Assembly (NCBI RefSeq): GCF_021869535.1
Contig: NW_026262745.1
Coordinates: 70,742,001-70,806,000, forward strand
Direction: 5' to 3'
Source of the DNA: Mytilus californianus
Taxonomy: Eukaryota
Length of the DNA stretch: 64,000 bases
Shown: positions 14,384-25,108 of the stretch, in pieces
How the letters are laid out: the number at the start of each line of letters is the position of its first letter
How positions within the stretch are numbered: the stretch's first letter is position 1
Made by a program: the position numbers and the translations under genes
The notes under the pieces: generated by a model
Seen by the model: only the letters and a program-made list of their open reading frames with translations
The model's database searches: none
What the model was told of the DNA's origin: nothing

Positions 14384-17285
14384 ATGGCGTCAAATGTAGC
14401 CGAATTTTTAATGTTGGATGACTTAACCGACGTTTCTGACGATTTATCAGTTACATCATCTCATTCTAACGACATGACTGTAATTGTGTTCTCTGTTTTG
14501 GCATCATTGTAAGTATAAAAACAAAGTTAATCCAGGAAACTATGCAAAAAGTTACGACAAAACAGACGATTTTTCGTTCCCAATTGTTAATAATCCATTT
14601 TTGGACGGTAAGGGAACGACCATTTAACTTCTAGGGGTGGGGGTTATTGTTTTTTTTTCTAAAAAAATATGTTAATCCCCAATTTGACGAAAAAAAAATT
14701 TCTGGTCAAGCGGATGACAAAAAAATATTCTGAATTCAAATTCCCCCATACATTATAGTATTAAATTTTGAAAAAAATAATCTGATTGATCGCGTTGATA
14801 AATTTATATGTTCCTTTTGCCTCTTCTATAGGTCACAACTTCTTCGCCGTGCCCGTGTTTGTAGTCGCGTTTATTTATATTTTTTTAAGTATAACTGGTA
14901 AAATATTCCTTAAGTCTTAGATCGTGTAACCACAAATTGATTAAACCTTCGACCAAAATCTTACATTTAACAAAGTTTTGATGAGGAAAGGAGAAGGTTC
15001 ACGAAGGGCCAAGTTTTTTAAATCGGGCCAAAAAATTACAAATTTCACATAGGCTTGTGATGATAAGTACTATTAAGACAAACATATATATTTTTGGCAT
15101 CTTCCTTTAAAATTTATGAAGCTATGACCTCTTAAATAAACATTATTTGTATTTTAAGGTCAATTTTGGTCATTTTTTTCAATAATTTTAATTGTTTTTG
15201 GCATAATTAACATTGGCCGCCATCCGGCCACGATCCAAAAAGTTTTTAAATTGATGAATTCTATATCAAAATTGGAATCTTTTGGTTACAATACATTTTT
15301 CAAGCTTTTAGGTCTGAAAATTGCACAAAATCGTCATACGTTTTTGTACATCGTACCAATCTTTTAAGCTAAGCCAATTGCAACAGATTTTTATAGTTGG
15401 TTCTCATCTTGTTCTTTGACACCATTGTTTAAGCTAAGGAGAAGGATTGAGCGCTCCTAAATGTTTCGAACCATGCCCACATACTTTATATGCCTGTCCA
15501 AGTCAGGGGTGTTATGTTGTTGGTTCGTGTCTGTCATATTTATTTTTCATAAACAGTTTTAATTGTAATTTTAGCCGTCAGTTTTCTCTTATGAATTGTT
15601 TTTTTTTTTTTTGTCTTCATTTTTTAATGTCAGGGCCTTTTATAACCAACTTTACGGTATGGGTTTCCTATTGTTGAAGACCGTACTATGACCTATATTT
15701 GCTTATATCAAATTATTTGAACACTGGTGCATAGTTATCTGTCTCATAGGCAATCACGCAATTAACAAAGAAAATTGGTTTGGAAAATTCGCTATGTTCA
15801 TTATGTTTTTTTTTTTCGTTATGCTTTCTTAGCTAAATTTCTTTTTGTCAATGTTTCTCTGATGTATGATCGAACATACACCTTGTCTGTCTATATCAAA
15901 TACGTTTAAAGTAACCAAACTATATTGTTTTTGTATATATATAAAAGATATACCCGCAGACTTAATCTGATGTCAAGTAAAATTAAGAACAACTGGTTTT
16001 AGGGAATGAGGTGACGGTGGGGGAGTAGAGAGGAGGTGTTGTGCGAATTATCTTCACAAATTTCTTCAGTTTCTTCGCATGGTTATTCACATTTCATTTA
16101 TTTCTAGCCTTTTTGTGTTTCATATACTATATGATATTCATTCTGATCCTATCTTGGACAGTGTCCATTCTTCTTGTGCTGTATCTGTACCCATGAACCT
16201 GCGTTTTATTTTTTTCAAAGAGAACATATGAGTCATACAAATAACTACAAGGTTCTTCGTCTAATTTCAGAAACAGATCTCATCATGTACGGATACAAGG
16301 TTATATAGACACGGTTGTGAACAATTATATAGCCACAGATTTTAGAAGAATGTTTCGTCTCACCCGTCCTTGCTTTGAATCACTGCTTGAAGTTTTATCT
16401 ACTAGGCCTGAGATGGAAGTACGTCCAGACATGTTCGGGGGCCGCGAACGAGTGGGTCTTGAAAAAACCGTTCTAATTGCACTTAGATACTTTGCTCACC
16501 AGGGAAACATTAGATCCATATCAGAACTGTTTGATGTTGCGGACTCAACAGTGGTTATATGCAGAAATAGAGTAGTTGCAGCTTTGATGGCGCTAAAAGA
16601 AACCTATATTAAATGGCCATTAGACCATAGAAAGCAAAGACATATATCAAATAAATTTCAAGAGAAAAGGGGATTTCCTGGTGTTATTGGTGCGATCGAT
16701 GCTACGCACATTCAAATACAACCACCGAACGAACACCCACAAGCATATGTGAATAGAAAATCCTATCACAGCATCATTCTTCAAGCTGTTTGCCTACCAG
16801 ATACCTCATTTTCAAACTGTTTTATTGGATGGCCTGGAAGTGTGCATGATTCTCGAGTTTTAAAGAACTCAGAGTTATGGGCGGAAGGTGAAAATGTTTG
16901 TGGAGAAAATCATATAGTTGGGGATGGTGCTTATCCTCTTAACCAATGGTTGCTAACGCCTTATCGAGACAATGGCAATCTTAACGCTGAGAAAAAACGT
17001 TATAATTACATTCATTCATCCACAAGAACTGTAATTGAACGTAGTTTTGGAATTTTGAAAGGACGTTTTCGCAGATTGCATTTTATTGAAACCAAGGAAA
17101 TGGAAACATCCTGTGATATAGGTGTTTCATGCTGTGTCCTTCACAACTTTTGTATCCAACACGGGGACATTGGCGAAGAATTCATAGAGGAAGATTATGG
17201 GAACTGTCATGCAGCTGCAGTCCAGGCCGACAATGACAATACAGGTGCAACTAAGAGAGACGGAATAGCCAGAAACTTACGTTAG
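14384..17285 (+). CDS. HARBI1: Harbinger (HARBI1-family, DDE_Tnp_4) transposase, 2 exons: 14384-14508 and 16271-17285, ~379 aa
   Basis: Catalytic motifs GAIDATH, VGDGAYP and VIERSFG are intact. Exon 1 (MASNVAEFLMLDDLTD...LAS) ends TT|GTAAGT and exon 2 starts ttcag|A AAC AGA, so phase 2 matches and gives ...NRSHHVRIQGYIDTVVNNYIATDFRRMFRL. The symbol marks the family, not orthology to the domesticated host gene. Confidence 0.92.
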
Positions 17286-17778
17286 TGATATGAGAACTTA
17301 ATCTTCATCATAAAACATTTATAAACCTGTTCTGTTCTCTATGTTAAGTATTGAAAACATCAATGTAATCCTATTTTATAAGGAATCATTTCATTGTTCA
17401 TATTAAAATCTTTAAAATTATAGTGCAGTTTGTTCTCAAATTTTGTAAACTTATTTGGTCGTCTCGTGGACATTAATCTAATGTCTCTATCTATGTGAAA
17501 GAGAAGCCAAGTTAAGTTGTAGTTACTTAGTACACAAGCTAACCAACGTAGGCAATGGGGATGCATGAAATGTAATTGAGGGTGTCAGTCTAATTATTGG
17601 TGAATCAAATGTATGTGATTTTACAGTTTACATCATGAGACAAGAATTCGAATAATATTTATTTCATAATTCTCCAATAAACATAATAACAACAACTTAC
17701 TGTTGTGAAACTAATTAGATGATTAAAATTAACAATCGCAATTGTAAATATCATCCAAAATAATAAATAACACACTGT

Positions 17779-18290
17779 TGTAAAATAAATCAAATTAACA
17801 ATTGTAAATTTCAGGTAAAAAAAACACCATTTTGTTGTAAAATAAACCAAATTAACAATTGTAAATGTCAGGTAAAACCCCGGGTAAAACATCATACTGT
17901 TGTACTTTTGTAAAAAAAACAAATTAACAATTGTAAATGTCAGGTAAAAAACATCATACTGTTGTAAAATAAACCAAATTAACAATTGTAAATGTCAGGC
18001 CGGTAAAAAACACCATACTGTTGTACTGTTGTAAAATAAACCAAATTAACAATTGTAAATGTCAGGCCGGTAAAAAACATCATACTGTTGTACTGTTGTA
18101 AAATAAACCAAATTAACAATTGTAAATGTTAGGCCGGTAAAAAAATCATACTGTTTTACTGTTGTAAAATAAACCAAATTAACAATTGTAAATGTCAGGC
18201 AAAACATCATACTGTTGTACTGTTGTTAAATAAACCAAATTAACAATTGTAAATGTCAGGCCGGTAAAAACATCGTACTGTTGTAAAAGA
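17779..18290. repeat. ~55-67-bp tandem array (~8 copies) inside the Harbinger
   Basis: aaaataaaccaaattaacaattgtaaatgtcaggccggtaaaaaacatcatactgttgtactgttgt is repeated between the transposase and F-box stop codons. Confidence 0.9.
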
Positions 18291-18501
18291 AATTAAGTTT
18301 TGAAGTTCCATTTAGTATTCAACACATCACATACACGAAGTCAATGTCTATGATTTATTTAGACCTGATAATGCAAAAGTAAACAATCTTTTTAACATTT
18401 TGAATAAAAGAAACCTTTAGAAATTCTATGCACAGCTACTAACTCAAACAACATAATATTAAACACTCACACTTGTGTTTTGTCTATAGACACTTACATA
18501 T

Positions 18502-19202
18502 TCAAAATAACCAATAAGCACGCAATTGTATCTTTCCCTCATAATATGTGTCTATGAAATTGCATGCATTCTGGTAATGTGAGGCTAGTTCAAACGACAA
18601 ATGGGCTCCCATTAATGTGGGACAAAATGTTAAAGCTGTTAAAAATTCGTCATAGGTACACATGATACCACATGCATCTAAATATTCAAGACTTAAATTT
18701 CTCAAAGTATCTAGAATAGAACTCATCATGACCTGTGTAAATGAAAGATAAAGGTAGGTCAGCTTAGACAGTGGTTTTATATTTTCGAGTTGTTTATCAT
18801 TTATTTTTGTTGATGACAGATTAAGCACTTCTAAACTTAGTAAGTATTTTAGGAAGGAAATATCTGACAATGGACACTCGGTAAAGTCTAAAACAGTTAG
18901 GTTACTAGCATTTACAAGGCCATACATAATATGGTTAAATCTCTCTACACCAACTGTATACACTTGACCTCCAAGTTCTAATACTTTCAACTTTTGTGGG
19001 AATGTAGTAACAAGCAACAAGACATGTTCGTCAATATGACAACTGTCCTCAAATGCTACATTGCTATACAGTGATGGGTGTTGTCTGATAATCGTCCAAA
19101 ATCTAACACAAACTTTTGACACATTTCTCAATAATTCACAAACAGGTATAAGCTGCATTATTTTGACAAAAATCTCATCATGTAAATCCATTAAGTTTAA
19201 TC
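18502..19202 (-). CDS. F-box / leucine-rich-repeat protein exon carried inside the Harbinger
   Basis: F-box LMDLHDEIFVKIMQLIPVCELLRNVSKVCVRFW is followed by LRRs LKVLEL, LTVLDFTEC, LEVLNLSST, LTYLYLSFT and LEYLDACG. There is a strong phase-1 acceptor tattttctatttttacag|GA at 19203/19202. The ORF-track extension 19203-19362 is probably intron. Confidence 0.85.
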
Positions 19203-19590
19203 CTGTAAAAATAGAAAATAAAATAAACGTTTTAAGATTTTCTAAATCAACATTTACATATAAAAACAAATCTGATGGCAGTAGAATTTTAGTTTTCTCA
19301 TATACCCGGTACATGATAGAATATAAACATAAGGAGATGTGGTATGATTGCCAATAATACAACTATCAACCAAAGTAAAAATGAAGTGGATATAAGCAAT
19401 TATAGATAACCATACGGTCTTCAACAATGAGAAAATCCCATACCGTATAGTAAGCTACTAGTATAAAAAGCTCTGACACGGAAAATATTAAAAAAAATGA
19501 TAAGAGAAATCGAACGGCATTATTTATAAAGTACATTCATTGTAAATGTGCACACTTTTCTTCCATCTATATGACAACTGTCATCTCTAT

Positions 19591-22500
19591 TTATTTTTTC
19601 ATCTCATTAATTAGTTCCCTAAACATATTCATTTTCTCACTGTGCATTCTAGCTTTCTCAGCTTTTTCTTCTTCTCTTTCCTTTTTTTGTTCCTCCATGT
19701 ATTGTTTCAAAAAATCTACAACGTCAGGAGAAGGACCACTTCTACGCTTCTTTTCATTTTTAGGGGGCTGAACAGGTTCCGTTTCTTTGTCATTATCGTT
19801 GTCGACTTCATCAACTTTGTCATTGTCATTGACAACTTCATCTACCTTTCTTTTATGACACGTATTTAAGATTTTCGTACCTGATGTGGTGCTTGGTTCT
19901 ATTGTAGGATTTCCACCGAGAATTTCCTCCAGTTCTTCCTGGAAAGCACACGACTTCTTATCAGCACCAGATCGGTTGTTGTGGTCTCTTGTTCTTTTCA
20001 GGGCTGTAATTAATGTTTTCCATTTCCCCATCACCTGTTCCCAGGTAAACTTGTATCCATTAGATGCTAGTTCTTCTGCTATGCATAACCACATTTTCTT
20101 CTTTGTGTTTTTCCCTTTTTGTGTTGCATCATCTCTTTTTTTTATTTCAGCTAGTAGAATTTTGGTTGCTGGTACGTTCCAAAAAATTGGCTGGGTTTCC
20201 TCAGAAGACTTACTAGTAGATGGCATTGAGTCTGTAGTTGAGTCTTCTGTTGGAGCTGTCCGGCTTTCGACTCCTGAAGAAAAAAATAAAAATATAAAAT
20301 CAGTTGAAAAGGGCTTAATTAATTAAATCGATCATCTTTGTTAGCCAAGGGTCATGGATCGTACAGAACTGAGAGTATTCACAGTGTTAAAAGCTAGTTC
20401 GAAGTCAAAACCCACTTTTAAAAAGTCATGTATCTTGGCGACTGTTTTTTTCTCTCAAAATATGTGAACATTTGTATAGAAAGCACATAGAACTACGAAA
20501 ACCATTATAAATAGCATTAGGTATGAACTAGACAACAATAACAAAAAAAATTAGGTTTAATATTTTATATATAAGCAGAAAATACAAATAATATTTCGTT
20601 TTTATCGCATTCAGTTTGGTTCAACTTCGTCAAAATAAGCTAAAGTTCGAAAATATATTCTAATCAATTTCTGACAGCCAAAATAAGGACAATATGTTAC
20701 AACATGGCGTTATGGCAAGGCGTATAACTATTTATTTGATTTTCTCATAATATATATCAGAGATCTTATATGATAAATAAGATATCTCACTAAATATATA
20801 AGATATCTTATATCATTAAATTTTTGTAATATATCTTATATATTATATGAGATATCTTATATATTACATAAGATATCTTATGTACAATAAATAGTTTATA
20901 AGATATATTCCATACTTTATATGATATCTTCTAAAGTTTATAAATATCTTGTAAATTATATGAGATATAAACTATATAAGATATCTTATAAACTTTATAA
21001 GATATTTCATATCGTATAAAACATATCTTATATACTATATAATATATACTATATAAAATATCTTAAATACTATATAATATATCATATATACTATATAATA
21101 TATCTTATATACTTTATAATATATCTTATATATTAAATGTATAAGATATAAGATATACAATATAGAATAATACTATATTTCATATACTATATAAGATATC
21201 TTATATAATATATAAGATAAGATATATCACATAGAATATAAGATATATCATATAGTCTATAAGATATCTTATATACTTAAAAAGATATATAGTCTTAATT
21301 TATAAGATATCTTATAAATATCATTTATTTAATATATGTTATATATAATAATATCTATATAAGATATCTGATTAAATTTGGAAGATACCTTATAAAATAT
21401 ATAAAATATCTAAAAAAGTATATAAGATATCTTATAATAAGCTGATTATAGATGATATCTTATATAGAATATAAGATATCTTTAAAAGTTTATGAGGTAT
21501 CTTAAATAGTTTATAAGATATCTTATATAGTTCATACGATATCTTATATAGTTTATAAGATATCTCATATAGTTTATAAGATATCTCGTATAACTTATGA
21601 GATATCGTATAAAGAAAATATATAAGATATACTATAAATTATATGAGACAGCGGTGTAGGTAGGCCCAAATGATGTGTACTCAATGAAAGGGAAGGAAGT
21701 CTTACGGCGAGTGGTCTCGGGCCGCTCAAGACACACCGAGCTCTGGGGTAATGGTGCAAAATCCTGCATTCTCGCGATTTCCTTGGACTTAAACAAGCCT
21801 TACAGGAATCCTATTTCATCAGTAATAAGTCAACTTTTAAAACTGGAATATATGATAAATAAATTTAAAAAAAATATATAAGTTAGAGAAAAACAAACTT
21901 CTAATGTGTGGTGAATTGATAAAGATTGGATATTAAGTACAATTAAAATATAAAATCAAGTGCAACCACCATATATTTTAATTGTTACCTATTCAGTATC
22001 AGCCGACTATACATTAGAATATCCAAATTTTTAAGCCAAAACCGTCTGTGCAACTTAAAGGGTATTTTTAATGGGAATAGATAGAATAAATAGAATCACA
22101 TTTCTCTATATTTTATTTTATAAGTGAACAAGCAGTCTTTCTTTCAGCTTTTAATGCTCAAATTTAATTCTAAAAATCAAGGACAATTTCTGTTCCTTTC
22201 TTCTACTGATGATGTTGAAAACCGTGACTGCTGAAATTTATTTTCCACGGTATATTTTCCATGGTCTCTTTAGCACGTCATATCTTATTTCGTCAATTAT
22301 CTTGAAATCTTCAGAAAAAATGTCAGGGTAAGGAGGCATAGTAGACGTTACAATTGTGTTCTGACATCCCGAAAATTCAGCTAGATTAAGTGTTTGCATC
22401 ATCTACACAATCATGATGCAGGTTCCGTCAAAGAAAAGAGTAGACCAGTTTTCGGATCGAACTGAATATAGCTACAAAGTGACTATTAACATATGTGTGT

Positions 22501-25108
22501 ATAATACTTTTCAATGTATTCTATTAATTCATGCAGTTTTATTCTTACTAGATTTACCATATTTTATTTTTGTAAAATTTTCGATGTGTACGCAGCTGCC
22601 TTTTTTGTGTACTGATGGCTACGCGCCTGTGAGATATCTTATAAATTTATATAATATATCCAATAAACTATATGAGATATCTTATAACAATATAAGATAT
22701 CGTATAACTATATATTAAGATATCGTATAAACAATATAAGATATCTTATAAACTATATATGATATCTAATAGAATATATAAGATACCTTATAAACTATGT
22801 AAGGTATCTTATTCCAAATATATATAAGATATATCTTATAAACTTTATGAGATATCTTATAACATATATAAGGTATCTAATAAAGTATATGATATATCTT
22901 ATATTATATACTATATTAGATATTGTATATACGATATAAGATATCGTATATATACTATATACTATATATGATATCTTATATACTATATGATATCTTATAT
23001 CTTATATACTATATAAAATATCATATATACTATATACTATATAAGATATATTATATACTTTATAAGATATCTCCTAAAGTTTATAAGATATCTTATTAAT
23101 ATTTTTTATTTAAGATATATTATGTACTTTATTAGATATCTCATATAAGTAGTTAAAATGATATATAAGACATTACGATATCATATAAACTATATAAGAT
23201 ATCTTATAAAGTTTATGAGATTTCTTATAACGTTTATGAGATATCTTATAAAGTTTATGAGATATCTTATAAAGTTTATAAGATATCTTATAAAGTTTAT
23301 GAGATATCTTGAAGTTAGAATAAATAATAAAACGCCTTGCTATATGGAGTGTTTATTTTTTTCAAATCTATTTACAACTATAATTTTATGGAAATCAGAC
23401 ATTGGTACAAATGATTTCAGGACTTAATTTCGGTATGAAATAAAAAATTGAATCTCTTTTTAGCTCAAAGGGAGTGATTATCAGACCATGTTATCAGACA
23501 TATATCCTGTATAAATTCATTGAAATCAGACATTGGTAAAAATGAATTTACAAAACAATTCATACTCTGGCATTTGTTAGTCTAGTATGCTTTTATTTAT
23601 AATTTTAGTTCATTTATTTGTATCGCAGTTAAAGACTACGATCTGTAATAGTATACATGATTATTTAGGGGTCAGCTGGAGACCGCAGCCGGGTGTAGGA
23701 TTTTATCGCTGTGTTGAAGACTCGTAGATGGCCTTGGCCTGATTTGTGCTCTTTGGTCGGGTTGTTGACTCCTTGACACATCCCCCGTGTCCACTCTCAA
23801 TTTTATTTATAAATGTGGATTTGGTTATGAAATAAATAAAAAATACATGTATTCCAACTAAGGGGTGACCATTCGATAATGGGGTGGGTGTGATTTTAAT
23901 CTGATTGCCTTCATTTTAACATGTTGATATCAAAGCTTATAATTATTTGTTTCTGTGGTTGTGCCACGCGAAAATATTTTGACATTTGTATACTTCTTTG
24001 TCCCACTATTTTGAGTATTAGGATTTTCGTTTGCATCCTGTCTTATGTAAGGTCAGATGCGGATTCAGAGGGGGACTCATGGGTCCCCCCCCCCTTTTGT
24101 TGGAAAAATTTGGTTGATTATATAGGGAATCACTGAAGCATGACTAGAGCGGGGCCCCCTCTTAGACAGTCATTGTCCCCCTTTTTGAAACTAGTGAGCC
24201 GCCACTGAAGGTTATTTATTTTCAGCTCCTAATACCATTCGACAAAACACATTCTGGGAAATTTCTTTTGACCGATTTTAGTCTAGGAGTGAGATTTAGG
24301 GAAGGGGACTGAATTGGAAGTTGGGAGGGGATAGGAAAATTGGAATCAGGAACCCCATGTCCACCCCTCTTGAGGCAATACACTATTTTTTGTATGAATT
24401 TTGACATGTTTCTGAAGGGGAAACTTTCTAGCTTTCACGCTTGTCAAAAAATGACAAACAAATCTTTAAGGGTAGTCACAAAATAATAAGTTGAATACTA
24501 GTTGTGGGGAAGACAAATATAATTATGGTCATAAAATGTCAATAATCAAATTTAAGGGTTATTATCCCATCTGTAGGTATGTGTATTACGAAATTTTTAA
24601 ATCATACTAATACCAAAACTGTAAAAATACGGAATACTCTGAAAAGAACAAACGTCACATTTTAAAAACTGTTTATACCCAAAGGAAACGTCGTTCACAG
24701 CCAAAATATGTGTTGTTTTATATTGCATTTAAAAAAAATGGGATTTTGCGGCAATCAAGTCAAGAATTTTACAAAAAATGCTAAACAACATTTAAATTAA
24801 ATAAAAACGTGCTAAGTCACCGGAGTCGAGTGCACCGTGGAAATATTTTTTTTTCTATTTAAATATCCGTCGGAAAAGTTAAAAAATAGACAATAAACGC
24901 GTGGTTATATTTTTTTATTTTTTTTTATACCGCTTTAACTGGTGTCTCGTAATTATAACACTATTACAAGCAAATATTTACCTTCATCAAGCTTATCATC
25001 CCTGCAGGGATGTCCAACAAAGGCTGTCATGCCATAAAAGCGCTTCTCGCAAAGCTCACACTGTATAATATCTGCATTCATTATTTCTCTAATACTCAAC
25101 GACGCCAT
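19591..25108 (-). CDS. Harbinger Myb/SANT (trihelix) DNA-binding partner with N-terminal C2HC-like finger; exons 25108-24982 and 20273-19591
   Basis: Exon 2 has FWNVPATKILL...KKKMWLCIAEEL...FTWEQVMGKWKTL...CAFQEELEEILG and a C-terminal coiled coil. Exon 1 (MASLSIREIMNADIIQCELCEKRFYGMTAFVGHPCRDDKLDE) ends G|GTAAAT, which matches the phase-1 acceptor ttcttcag|GA GTC at 20273. Confidence 0.8.
20713..23342. mobile_element. Inverted pair of AT-rich ATAAGATATCTT arrays (foldback-like), nested in the Myb-gene intron
   Basis: Outer ends TGGCAAGGCG (20713) and CGCCTTGCTA (23342) are inverted and each is flanked by TA. The arrays span ~20745-21650 and ~22630-23310. The inner ends are also inverted-similar. 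Confidence 0.65.

Noticed and set aside
17360-17620. BC-box-like peptide PLPTLVSLCTK on the minus strand downstream of the F-box exon, plus a GTAAGT donor just after the F-box stop
   Set aside because: It is followed immediately by a stop and needs unsupported frameshifts to connect. It fits the ubiquitin theme but the evidence is too weak.
19203-19362. N-terminal 53 aa of the 286-aa F-box ORF (MYYWQSYH...)
   Set aside because: The start lies in an inverted dispersed repeat, and the segment ends in a polypyrimidine tract plus AG, so it is most likely intron.
22140-22480. Coding-looking spacer inside the foldback structure as a possible extra Myb-gene exon
   Set aside because: No frame is open with compatible phase-1 splice sites on the minus strand.
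23158-23427. ORF with FMRYLIK repeats
   Set aside because: Read-through of the AT-rich ATAAGATATCTT array.
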